Position numbers and translations under genes: made by a program. Below, piece after piece: positions 9,012 to 18,600 of a DNA stretch of 42,491 bases. The notes beneath the pieces were generated by a model. The model ran no database searches, was not told the DNA's origin, and worked only from the letters and a program-made list of their open reading frames with translations. The stretch's first letter is position 1; each line of letters opens with the position of its first letter. Origin of the DNA: an uncultured bacterium (GTDB lineage: Bacteria > Fidelibacterota > Marinisomatia > Marinisomatales > Marinisomataceae); contig CBFHKL010000004.1 of NCBI GenBank assembly GCA_965656415.1, positions 1-42,491 on the forward strand, given 5' to 3'.

Positions 9012-10105
9012 TTAAAAATTTATCCAAAGTACTTATAGTTTTATCTTTAAATCTAATAGTTGGATGTAGTACTCAAGAAAAAAATTTAACAATTGATGTA
9101 TTTTCAAGTCAAAAAATAAATTTTGATTCTGATTCAGTTTTGAGTAGCTCAGATTTTTTAATCAGAGATAATGGTCGTTTAATCTTTAAAAAATTATCTA
9201 TTCCAGAATTTAACAGGAAGGTTTCAGTTGAAATATTTGCTGAACTATCATCGGATGGAGATCCGTGGGATAAGTCTGGATCAATATTTTTATTGAATAC
9301 TCATCCAGATTCATTAAATATAACATCTCTTGAATTATTACGATTTATAACGCCATTTGGCGTTGGTCATTTTAGTGAAAATGAAAGATTGGATGAATTT
9401 AGGCCAGTATATATTCCAAGATGGGAAGAAAGTATTTCATGGAGTGAGGATATATCACATTTAAGCAATGCATTTTATGATGAAATTTGGATTGGAGCCT
9501 GGATTGATACATGGTCTAAAGAAGGATGGTTGATGGATGTATCTTTATCATTTACAGAAAGTCCATTTTTTATGGATAAAAAAAATAAATCTAAGATAAA
9601 AGTATTAGCTAATACCCATAATTATAACTTAAATCATAATGGAAGCTTCGATTTTTCTAATGAAGATTTAAAAATTAATTTTAATACTCCAAAAGATATT
9701 TCAAATGCTAATCTCTATTTTATTACAACAGGGCATGGCGCGCATAGCGAAGGAGACGAGTTCAATCAAAGAGATAATATTATAAAAGTTGATAACGAAA
9801 TTAAATTAAATTATCCTGCCTGGAGAGATGATTGCGCCTCTTTCAGAAGATTTAATCCATCATCAGGTGTTTGGTTTGAAGAAACAACCTTTAAAGGAGA
9901 AACAATTAAAGAAAGAATAGCTTCATCAGACTATTCAAGATCAAATTGGTGTCCTGGATCTAGCGTGAAACCTGTAAAAATACGTCTTGGTGATTTAGAA
10001 AAAGGTAATCACGTATTTTCATATCAAATTCCAAATGCTCAACCAACTACTGATAAATTTTGGAATCATTGGAATGTTTCATTCTATTTAACTTATGAAA
10101 ATTAA
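9008..10105 (+). CDS. PNGase F-like lipoprotein (peptide-N-glycosidase F fold, putative)
   Basis: A lipobox is present (LIVGC). The motifs are collinear with my recollection of PNGase F: DPWDK (CDEWDR), RFITPFGVG (RFITPYWVG), TWSKEG (TWLAKG), TTGHGAH…DEF (GWGH…AEW) and SNWCPGSSVKP (AGWCPGMAVP). Confidence 0.6.
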   Translation: MIKNLSKVLIVLSLNLIVGCSTQEKNLTIDVFSSQKINFDSDSVLSSSDFLIRDNGRLIFKKLSIPEFNRKVSVEIFAELSSDGDPWDKSGSIFLLNTHPDSLNITSLELLRFITPFGVGHFSENERLDEFRPVYIPRWEESISWSEDISHLSNAFYDEIWIGAWIDTWSKEGWLMDVSLSFTESPFFMDKKNKSKIKVLANTHNYNLNHNGSFDFSNEDLKINFNTPKDISNANLYFITTGHGAHSEGDEFNQRDNIIKVDNEIKLNYPAWRDDCASFRRFNPSSGVWFEETTFKGETIKERIASSDYSRSNWCPGSSVKPVKIRLGDLEKGNHVFSYQIPNAQPTTDKFWNHWNVSFYLTYEN

Positions 10106-10154
10106 ATTTTTTAATTATATTATATAACTGGTAGCCAACTAAATAGGAGTAAAA

Positions 10155-10814
10155 ATGTATCTAGATAAATTAAACCAACAATTAGACAAATTTCATTTAT
10201 TAAAACATCCATTCTATGTTGCTTGGAACAATGGAGAATTAAATCAAGAAATTCTTAGAGATTATGCCGAACAATACTATCAACATATTAAGGCATTTCC
10301 TCGTTATATAAGTGCGACTCATTCAATCTGTGAAGATATTGAAAATAGAAAAATTCTTCTTGATAATCTTAGCGATGAAGAAGATTTCAATAAAGACCAT
10401 CCAATGCTTTGGAAAAATTTTGCTTTAGCAGTTGGAGCAGATGAAAATACAGTTGAAACGGTTGATCATGAGAATTTTACTAAAGAGATGATTGATAATT
10501 TCTTTAGACTTTCAAGATCTACTTATGCTGAAGGTTTAGGAGCTCTTTATGCTTATGAAAGGCAAGTACCTGAAATAGCAGATACTAAAATTAAAGGTCT
10601 TGTAGATCATTATAATGTTTCGTCAGAAGAAGGTCTTGAATATTTCGTAGTTCATAAAGATGCAGATGTTGAGCATAGAGAGCAAAGTGCTGAACTGATG
10701 AATAAATTATCTGAAGAAGAGAAGATTCTAGCTAAAGAAGCTGGTTTATCAACAGTTAAAGTGCTTTGGGGCTTTTTATCTGGTCTTTGTGAAAAACATA
10801 ATATTCAGGCATAG
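10155..10814 (+). CDS. CADD / CT610-family heme-oxygenase-like dimetal oxygenase (putative p-aminobenzoate synthase; PqqC/TenA-like fold)
   Basis: HPFYVAWNNGELNQE…YAEQYYQHIKAFPRYISATHS…RKILLDNLSDEE…LW closely parallels the Chlamydia CADD sequence as I recall it (HTFYVKWSKGEL…YYLHIKAFPKYLSAIHS…RKLLLDNLMDEE). Downstream metal-ligand blocks YAYERQVP and HKDADVEHRE are present. A good SD (AGGAG) lies upstream. Confidence 0.8.
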   Translation: MYLDKLNQQLDKFHLLKHPFYVAWNNGELNQEILRDYAEQYYQHIKAFPRYISATHSICEDIENRKILLDNLSDEEDFNKDHPMLWKNFALAVGADENTVETVDHENFTKEMIDNFFRLSRSTYAEGLGALYAYERQVPEIADTKIKGLVDHYNVSSEEGLEYFVVHKDADVEHREQSAELMNKLSEEEKILAKEAGLSTVKVLWGFLSGLCEKHNIQA

Positions 10815-10863
10815 TTAATACCGTCTTTATTATTTATTTGAATTCATATTTTAAATCCGTATT

Positions 10864-11406
10864 ATGCGCGCAATAAATATGAAAATAGAACAAATAAAAG
10901 AAACAATAACAATCGTTAAAGATTATCCTATAAAGGGTATTGTATTTAAAGATATCACTACACTTCTTGAAAATCCTGACGCTTTTAAGTCTACCGTTGA
11001 TATTATGGTAGATAAGGTTAAGCATTTAGATTTTAATAGAGTGGTAGGAGTAGAGTCTAGAGGATTTTTCTGGTCTGGACCAATTGCCTATGCATTATCA
11101 AAATCTTTTGTATTAGCTAGAAAGCCTGGAAAGTTACCTAGAAAAGCTGCAGAAAAATTCTTCTCATTGGAATATGGAACTAATACAGTTCACATTCATG
11201 AAGATGCTATTTCAAAAGGAGATAAAGTATTAGTAGTAGATGATTTAATTGCAACAGGAGGTACAGCAATGGCTACAGCTGAACTTTGTCAAGAGTTAGG
11301 TGCATCAGAGGTGTACATTATAGCCTTAATTGACTTACCTAAATTAGGTGGATCAAGAAAGCTTGCTGAAAAGTTTGGTGAAGTAATTACTTTAATTGAT
11401 TATTAA
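10864..11406 (+). CDS. apt: Adenine phosphoribosyltransferase
   Basis: DYPIKGIVFKDIT, VVGVESRGF, ARKPGKLP and the PRPP motif VLVVDDLIATGGT are present. An alternative start is the ATG at 10879. Confidence 0.9.
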   Translation: MRAINMKIEQIKETITIVKDYPIKGIVFKDITTLLENPDAFKSTVDIMVDKVKHLDFNRVVGVESRGFFWSGPIAYALSKSFVLARKPGKLPRKAAEKFFSLEYGTNTVHIHEDAISKGDKVLVVDDLIATGGTAMATAELCQELGASEVYIIALIDLPKLGGSRKLAEKFGEVITLIDY

Positions 11407-13106
11407 TCATTAACGAACATAGATGAAAATTGGAGAAATTTTATTGATTCTCCGGTAATTTTAAGCTTCCCTGAAGCAATTGCACTGACGGCATTTTCCG
11501 TTTTTAAAACAATGCCTTTCCAAGTATTTGAATCAACCGTGACTATTGCATCATAATCTTCATCGTAAAATTCTGATATTTCAGCTATTTGGTTTCTTAT
11601 AATTACACCAAATTTTTCGCTAGAGTCTGTTATATTAAATCCGATTCTAATAAATTTATTTTTAGCCTTTATTGGATCTAATCGTGGACCCATTGCATCA
11701 AAAAAAGTACTAAGCGGAATATTTTTTGCTTGTTCAGCTGATACAGTATATTTCAATGAGGGAGATATCTTTTGTGAAAGTTCATAAGCTTCTGATAAAT
11801 AATAATTTCGTGCAATAGGATTTTTTTCAATTTTAGATAAGTTTTCAAGGGATCTACTATATAATTTTTTAATCTCTTTGTCTTCTGGAAAGTTGAATAA
11901 TCCTACATCGCAAAGTTCGGCAGCCCATTGATAGTTTAGTGCACCATTTGCTTTATTTATTTCTTCAATTAATTTTTCTTTTGAGCCAATAAGTTCAAAG
12001 ATATGTTTTGATCGTTTTTTATCTGATAATGGTTCTAAATTAACTGCTCTTCCATCAAAAAATCCTAAATATCCATTATAAACATTCCTAATACTCCATG
12101 ATACCTTTCCATACTTTTCTTGTAAATCATAATTTTCTAGAAAGAAGGGTGGATATTCAAATTCTTCAACAAGCTCATCAGGAGTTTTACCTAAATTGGC
12201 ACCTCTCACTGCATAGTCATGAATATATTGAATTGCATCTCTGTAAATCGATAAGCGTTCTTCAATAACTTCTTCTCCAGATAAAAAGGGTCCATGACAG
12301 CTAATCAAGTATTTAGGAGTATAAGAGCGCATGGTATCAACAGATTTGTACCAGCTTTTAGTATCTCTATAAGATGTTCCTCTAATTGTATATAAGTTGG
12401 GAAATCGCATATAATAATTGTCCGCACTGATAACTACTTCTTTTTCAGGATAATAAATAATAATTTGATCATCTGTTTCACCTGGAGTGTGCTGAATTTC
12501 AAGGTCGACACCTCCAATTGAAAGCTGATTTGTTTGTTGTTCAAAAAAGTTTGTTGGATAAATCACTGCAGGTTGTTCAAAGTCAAAATTAAGAGTAAAG
12601 CCTAATCCATGACCTCTTTTAAGGCTGTCTGGTAAAAAGTGACCAAATTGTTTCATACCTCTTTCTGTAAGAATTGGTCTAAGTAAATTATTTTGATCAA
12701 AAAACCCTTTTTGAAAAGTTGAATGAGCATATACTTTAGTTTCTTCTTCATAAAAACCGGGAGCTCCTCTCCAATGATCTACATGTGAGTGGGTATAGAT
12801 AATGGCTTCATTTGGTAAGTTAGAGATTTTCTTGAATTCAGCGTTAATTTGCTCACCAAGTTTAGGATCTTCTGTAGTATCTATAATAATATTCGAAGTA
12901 TCTCCAACAATTAGTACTGAATTTGCAAGTCCATATCCGATTGCAACATAAACATTGTCAACTACTTGATAGATTCCTTTTTCAAAATAAAAATCATCAT
13001 CAACATGAATTTCCTCTGAAAAAGGAGTAGAAGTATTAGAATCATCCTCCTTATTGTCACTGCATGCAAATATTAAAATTAAAAGTAGATATAATATTAT
13101 TCTCAT
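11403..13106 (-). CDS. Alkyl/aryl-sulfatase (MBL fold with SCP2-like C-terminal domain), lipoprotein
   Basis: A lipobox is present (LIFAC). The MBL motif is HSHVDH (YTHSHVDHWRG). A long helical middle region leads to a C-terminal SCP2-like end (GKLKITGESIKFLQFSSMF), as in SdsA1/BDS1-type enzymes. Confidence 0.75.
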   Translation of the reverse strand: MRIILYLLLILIFACSDNKEDDSNTSTPFSEEIHVDDDFYFEKGIYQVVDNVYVAIGYGLANSVLIVGDTSNIIIDTTEDPKLGEQINAEFKKISNLPNEAIIYTHSHVDHWRGAPGFYEEETKVYAHSTFQKGFFDQNNLLRPILTERGMKQFGHFLPDSLKRGHGLGFTLNFDFEQPAVIYPTNFFEQQTNQLSIGGVDLEIQHTPGETDDQIIIYYPEKEVVISADNYYMRFPNLYTIRGTSYRDTKSWYKSVDTMRSYTPKYLISCHGPFLSGEEVIEERLSIYRDAIQYIHDYAVRGANLGKTPDELVEEFEYPPFFLENYDLQEKYGKVSWSIRNVYNGYLGFFDGRAVNLEPLSDKKRSKHIFELIGSKEKLIEEINKANGALNYQWAAELCDVGLFNFPEDKEIKKLYSRSLENLSKIEKNPIARNYYLSEAYELSQKISPSLKYTVSAEQAKNIPLSTFFDAMGPRLDPIKAKNKFIRIGFNITDSSEKFGVIIRNQIAEISEFYDEDYDAIVTVDSNTWKGIVLKTENAVSAIASGKLKITGESIKFLQFSSMFVND

Positions 13107-13200
13107 ATTTTAAAATATAAGTCATATTAAGTTATATTTTAAATAAATTAGATAATTAGATTAATCGGAACAATATAACAAAAATCACATAAATAAAACT

Positions 13201-14070
13201 ATGAGCTTAATATCATTTTCCAGAGATAGATTTATACCATCTGAAGAAGTAAGTCTTAATGTAAGGGGAAATTATTTAAGCGTTACTCGCGGATATCAAG
13301 TTTTTACTTTTTTTAAAACTGCGAACAATGGAGTGCCTGTATTTTTAGAAGATCATATTGATAGAATTGTAGGCAATGCTAAATCAATGCAAATGAATCT
13401 ATCTTTTTCAAAAGAAGATATTCAAAGTTTGGTATATCAAACATTAGAAAAAAATGATTTTTCAAAAACTGAATGCAATGTAATGATTATTATGGCTGGA
13501 AAAGCGCCAGATGATATTTCAGGCTTAGTTTCATCTGAAGCTGTTGATTTGTTTATAGTAACTTCACCAATAAAAAAGTATCCAAAAGAATCATATCAAA
13601 ATGGTATTTCATTGGGTTTGTATGAGTTTGAAAGAATTGATGCAGAAGTTAAAACACCGTACACTTATTATGGTGGCATGAAAGCGCATAGATCTCTTGT
13701 TCATGAAGGTTCTTTTGATGAAGTGCTGTATACAAGCAAAGAAGAAATTTTAGAAGGAACTACTTTTTCATTTTTTATTATTAAAAATGATATTGTAACA
13801 ACTACTAAGTTAGATGGTCGGATATTAGGAAGTGTGACAAGAAAAAATTTATTAAGATTAATGGATTATTATCAAATCAATCACTGTGAATCTAAAATTA
13901 CAATTGAGGATCTTAAAACTTCAAGCGAGGCATTTATTGCTTCTGCAAATAGAGATTTAATTCCAGTTGTTTCAATAGATAATCACAAAATAGGTGATGG
14001 TATTATTGGACCAAAATATAAGCAGTTGATGGAATTATATCAGAAGGAAATATACAATATTACTATATAA
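13201..14070 (+). CDS. Class IV (fold type IV) PLP aminotransferase family protein (BCAT / D-AAT / ADC-lyase-like)
   Basis: RGYQVF…DHIDRI in the N-terminal block, a candidate catalytic Lys in EVKTPYTYY, EGTTFSFF…ILGSVTR, and PVVSIDNHKIGDG…GP at the C-terminus. Confidence 0.75.
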   Translation: MSLISFSRDRFIPSEEVSLNVRGNYLSVTRGYQVFTFFKTANNGVPVFLEDHIDRIVGNAKSMQMNLSFSKEDIQSLVYQTLEKNDFSKTECNVMIIMAGKAPDDISGLVSSEAVDLFIVTSPIKKYPKESYQNGISLGLYEFERIDAEVKTPYTYYGGMKAHRSLVHEGSFDEVLYTSKEEILEGTTFSFFIIKNDIVTTTKLDGRILGSVTRKNLLRLMDYYQINHCESKITIEDLKTSSEAFIASANRDLIPVVSIDNHKIGDGIIGPKYKQLMELYQKEIYNITI

Positions 14071-14153
14071 TTTTACTTATATATTGCTTATAATGGGAAC
14101 AAGATGATTATTTTTAATGTATAATTTAAAAATAACAAAATAGAGAGGAAAAA

Positions 14154-14558
14154 ATGAAAAATCTAACTTTTGTATTATTTTTATCATTCATTTTAACTGG
14201 ATGTGCTATGCAAGCTCCTACAGCTCCTGCAGAAGCAAATGATTTTACCTTGGGTAAAGTTCAATCTCAGTTAAATAAAGGAATGAGTTCATCTCAAGTA
14301 GTAACATTGCTGGGCTCACCAAATTTAGTCACAAGTACTAAAGATGGAGGCGAGGCATGGACTTATGATAAAATTTCACAAGAATCAGAATCATCAAGCG
14401 TTTCTGGCGCTGGAGCCGGTTCAAGTGGTAATTTTTTCGGTATTTTTGGTGGAGGTCGTTCAAAATCATCAAATTCTAGTAAAAATCTTACTTTGATAGT
14501 AAAATTAAATGCTGATGGTGTTGTAACTGACTTTAAATATCAAAGTATTAAATACTAG
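14154..14558 (+). CDS. Lipoprotein with SmpA/OmlA (BamE-like) domain and Gly/Ser-rich segment
   Basis: A lipobox is present (LTGC). GKVQSQLNKGMSSSQVVTLLGSPN…WTY resembles the BamE-type fold signature. A good SD (GAGAGGAAAAAATG) lies upstream. Confidence 0.55.
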   Translation: MKNLTFVLFLSFILTGCAMQAPTAPAEANDFTLGKVQSQLNKGMSSSQVVTLLGSPNLVTSTKDGGEAWTYDKISQESESSSVSGAGAGSSGNFFGIFGGGRSKSSNSSKNLTLIVKLNADGVVTDFKYQSIKY

Positions 14559-14563
14559 GTAAA

Positions 14564-15061
14564 ATGAACAAAAATCTACTTTTAGCCTTATCATTAGGCA
14601 TTATACTCAATGGATGTGCATCTATGATGCCAGAGCGTACCACAGCAGTTAAAAGAGCAACCGAAACAAAAGAGTATGATTTATCAACAAAACAGCTTAT
14701 CAAAGCTTCAATTGGTACCTTTCAAGACTTAGGTTATACCATAGATGTTTTAAATGCAGAATTCGGTTTAATTACTGCTAGTAAAACACAAGGAACAACC
14801 ACTACAAGGACTAATCTTGAAGAAGATCCTTTTGAAGCTTTTTTTCGAGCTTTAACTGGATTTGAAGATAATAGTGACGTTGTAATTGCGCCATTGACTC
14901 TATCTGCCACTATAACTGTTAAAGAGATTTCGACTGATCCATTATTATCTTCTTTAAGAGTAAATTTTGAAGGTGGAGATAGAAAATTTTCTGATTTATT
15001 TTTCAAGAGTTTCTTTGCAGCGCTAGACAAATCTTTATTTTTAGATCAAACGATTGATTAG
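14564..15061 (+). CDS. Lipoprotein, unknown family (paralog A)
   Basis: A lipobox is present (LNGC). It shares RAxETxEYD…IGxFQDLGxTID…EFGLITASK … SSLRVNF…FFxxFFAAxDKSLFLD with the next gene. Confidence 0.6.
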   Translation: MNKNLLLALSLGIILNGCASMMPERTTAVKRATETKEYDLSTKQLIKASIGTFQDLGYTIDVLNAEFGLITASKTQGTTTTRTNLEEDPFEAFFRALTGFEDNSDVVIAPLTLSATITVKEISTDPLLSSLRVNFEGGDRKFSDLFFKSFFAALDKSLFLDQTID

Positions 15062-15063
15062 CA

Positions 15064-15624
15064 ATGTTTAAAAAGATTGCTATACACACATTTCTATTAA
15101 CATTCTTGTTAACAAGCTGTGCTTCCTCAGGAGGTTCTTCAAAAAAATCTACTGCAGCTCAAAGAGCAGTTGAAACAAGGGAATATGATGTTAATACAAA
15201 AGATTTAATGCAGTCAACAATTGGCGCCTTTCAAGATTTAGGATTTACTATAGACACTTTAAATGAAGAGTTTGGTTTAATTACAGCTAGTAAGATTGAA
15301 AAACCAAAAAAGAAAAAACCATCTGATGCTGAAAAAGCCCTTGGTGCACTTGCTATTTTTGCTGCAATATGGTGGTTAGTAGCTACTGATGGAGATGGAC
15401 CATCTGGAAGAGATAGAGGAAATGATGGAGAAAAAGTAGTAATTAAGGATTATAAGCTTACTGCAACAGCTACTGTGAAATCAATTTATGATACTGAACC
15501 TTATATGTCTTCATTGAGAGTCAATTTTGGTGGTTCTGAGAGAAAAAGATCAGTGCAATTTTTTAGAGAATTTTTTGCAGCTATAGATAAATCATTATTT
15601 CTTGATAATTCTTTAGATAATTAA
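15064..15624 (+). CDS. Lipoprotein, unknown family (paralog B, with inserted Lys-rich/hydrophobic/Gly-Asp segment)
   Basis: A lipobox is present (LTSC). It is collinear with 14564-15061 except for a central replacement, KPKKKKPSDAEKALGALAIFAAIWWLVATDGDGPSGRDRGNDGEK. It starts 2 nt after paralog A's stop. Confidence 0.6.
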   Translation: MFKKIAIHTFLLTFLLTSCASSGGSSKKSTAAQRAVETREYDVNTKDLMQSTIGAFQDLGFTIDTLNEEFGLITASKIEKPKKKKPSDAEKALGALAIFAAIWWLVATDGDGPSGRDRGNDGEKVVIKDYKLTATATVKSIYDTEPYMSSLRVNFGGSERKRSVQFFREFFAAIDKSLFLDNSLDN

Positions 15625-15676
15625 TCAAAAATTTAAAGATTCTAATATTTAGTTTTTATTCTTATACTTTATTTCT

Positions 15677-18600
15677 GTGATTATGATAAAAAATCTTAAT
15701 AAAGTATTATTGTTAACAATCCTATGTGCACAAATTTTTGCTGGTACTTTTGGAAAAAGTCATTCTGCTGAATTATTAAACAGAGGAAGATTTGTTCCGA
15801 TGGCAATGTCTGATGACACCCTTGCTGCAGCTAAAACATTCTCATCATTAAAATCAAGAATTGTTGATATTTATTCTTATGATGCTGTTGGAAACCAATT
15901 AGTTAAAGAAACAGAGCTCACTTCTCCAAATCCAATGCCAGGCGATGATTTCGGATTTAGTATAGCCTTATCTTCTAAATATATGATTATTGGTGCTCCT
16001 GGTTATAATAATGGTCATGGTATTGCATTCTTATATAAGAAAAATAATGAAAAGTGGGAGTTAAGCAATACTTTCGAAAATCCAATTCCTAATAATGCTT
16101 CAGGAACTCCACATAAATTTGGATATAATGTCGCAATTACAGATAGCTACTTATCTATTTCATCACCGTTTTATAATGATGGATTAGTTCATGTTTATAA
16201 TTTAGATAATCTAGATAATAGTAAATCTTTTAATAAACCTTTTCATTCCATTGATGTTAGAAAGTTAGGAGACGTTGAAGGGTGTTATGCTATTGGTCCA
16301 AACAAGTTTGGATTTGGAATTTCTACTTCATTTAATAATAATAAATTACTTATCGGATCTTTAAAAGAATTTGTTTATATGGTCGAATATAAGGACGGTA
16401 TACCTTTTGGAATTGACATTCCAAACCCTATTTCAATCAACAGCGATGATAATAAAATAAAATTTGGTGAATCTGTTTATGTAGGTGATAAAAATTTGTA
16501 TATATCGGCACTTGAAGATGACAATGGAAAAGGTAAAGTATTTGTTTACCCTTATTTACAATCTTCAAGAACAGATGATGATCAAAACCCTTGGGTTAAT
16601 CCTTATGAAATTCAACCCACATTGATTGAAGAAAACTCTCATTTTGGATATAAAATTTTTGAGCACAACAATAAAGTATCAATTTCAACTTTTAATGAAG
16701 GTAGAATCTTTAATTATATTATTAACGAATCTGAAAGATTAGAGTTTGTTGATGATTTAAAAAGCGCTTCAGATGAATATTTTGGTAGAAATATTATTTT
16801 AAATGAAAATCTTTTAATTTCAGGAGCATATTATGCTGATAAATTATATGCTTTTGATTTAAGGGTGTCTAACAAAGGTTCTGTATCTACTTTTTCAACT
16901 GGAATTGGAGTTACGTCAATTAAAAATAAAATTGAATGTAATAATGGGTTTGCAGGCTCTTATCCTTGCAAAGATATGGATTTAATGTCATACACAGATA
17001 AAACTGAAATCGGTGGTTCAAATTCAACATCTTTAAATGATATTTGGGGATGGACAGATTCTCAGACAGGTAAAGAATATGCGCTTGTTGGAATGAGCAA
17101 TGGAACATCATTCGTAGATATTTCAAATCCAGAAAATCCTGTTTATATAGGTAGATTACCTACACAAACTAATAATTCTTCATGGAGGGATTTAAAAGTT
17201 TATCAAGACCATGTATTTATTGTTTCAGAAGCAAGTGGTCATGGTATGCAAGTTTTTGATTTGACACAGTTAAGGAATTTTAATGGCAATCCTTTTACTT
17301 TTTCCAATACTGCTTATTATAGTGGATTTGGAAATGCTCATAATATTTTTATTAATGAAGATACTGGTTTTGCTTATGCGGTAGGTACCGGAACCTGTGG
17401 TCCTGGAGGTTTACATATTATTGATATTTCTACTCCATCAATACCTTCCAAAGCAGCTTGTGTTTCCGATCCAAATACAGGTAGGTCAAATACCGGTTAC
17501 TCTCACGATGTTCAATGTGTTATTTATGACGGTCCTGATTCGGCGTATGTTGGTAAAGAAATTTGTTTTGGATCAAATGAAACTAGACTATGGATTGCAG
17601 ATTTAAGTACTAAGACAGATGATAATAGTGGGGCTAAAACAATTGGTCTTGGTAGTTATGATAATTATTATACGCACCAGGGTTGGTTGACTGAAGATCA
17701 CAGATTTTTTATTGTAAATGATGAATTAGATGAAGCTAACAATGCTTATAATAATACCAGAACTCTTATTTGGAATGTAGAAGACTTAAACAATCCTGTT
17801 ATTCATAAGACATATTTTGGTCCAACTCCAGCTATCGATCACAATAATTATATAATCGGTAATAACGTTTACATGTCTCATTATACAGCAGGATTAAGGG
17901 TAATGGATATATCAGATATCTCCAATCCTAGCGAGTTAGCTTACTTTGATGTTTATCCGTCAAGTAACAATACATCATTTGATGGTACATGGAGTAATTT
18001 TCCTTATTATAGCAGTGGAAATATTGTAGTTACTGGGATTGATGAAGGTCTATATGTAGTAAGTCCAAGCGGTAGCGGTCCTGCACCAGCTCCTGAAGTA
18101 ACATATACAATTCCTAGTAATGGTAATGTTACATTAAACTGGCAAGATTTAATCTGTATTTCAGCGTGCACAATTAATATTTATAGGTCAACAGAACCTG
18201 GTTTTACTCCAAGTTCTTCTAACTTGCTGACTAGTGTTAATTATCCAACTTTTGAATATACTGATTCAAATTTAGATGAAAATATTTTTTATTATTATAG
18301 GCTTTCAGTCTCAGTGAATGGACAGGAAAGTTTATTTACAGATGAAATTCAGGTTAAACCAGTATTTGTTCCTAATCAAGCTCCTACCATCGACACTCCT
18401 GATGATATACAGTTTTTTGAAGACAATACCTATAACGTTATTTTGACTGGTTTAGGATATGGAGAAGATGTAAATCCACAAAACATAAGCATAACTGTAG
18501 TTGCTGAAAATGATGATTTATTTGATGAGCTTAATATATTAGAATCTTCACCTGAACAATTAAGTATTGTACCTATTGAAAACAAATATGGTTCTTCCTT

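Noticed and set aside
13147-13161. Tandem ATTAGAT-a-ATTAGAT in the divergent promoter region between the sulfatase and aminotransferase genes.
   Set aside because: It is a short, AT-rich single occurrence with no palindromic partner, so the evidence for a binding site is insufficient.
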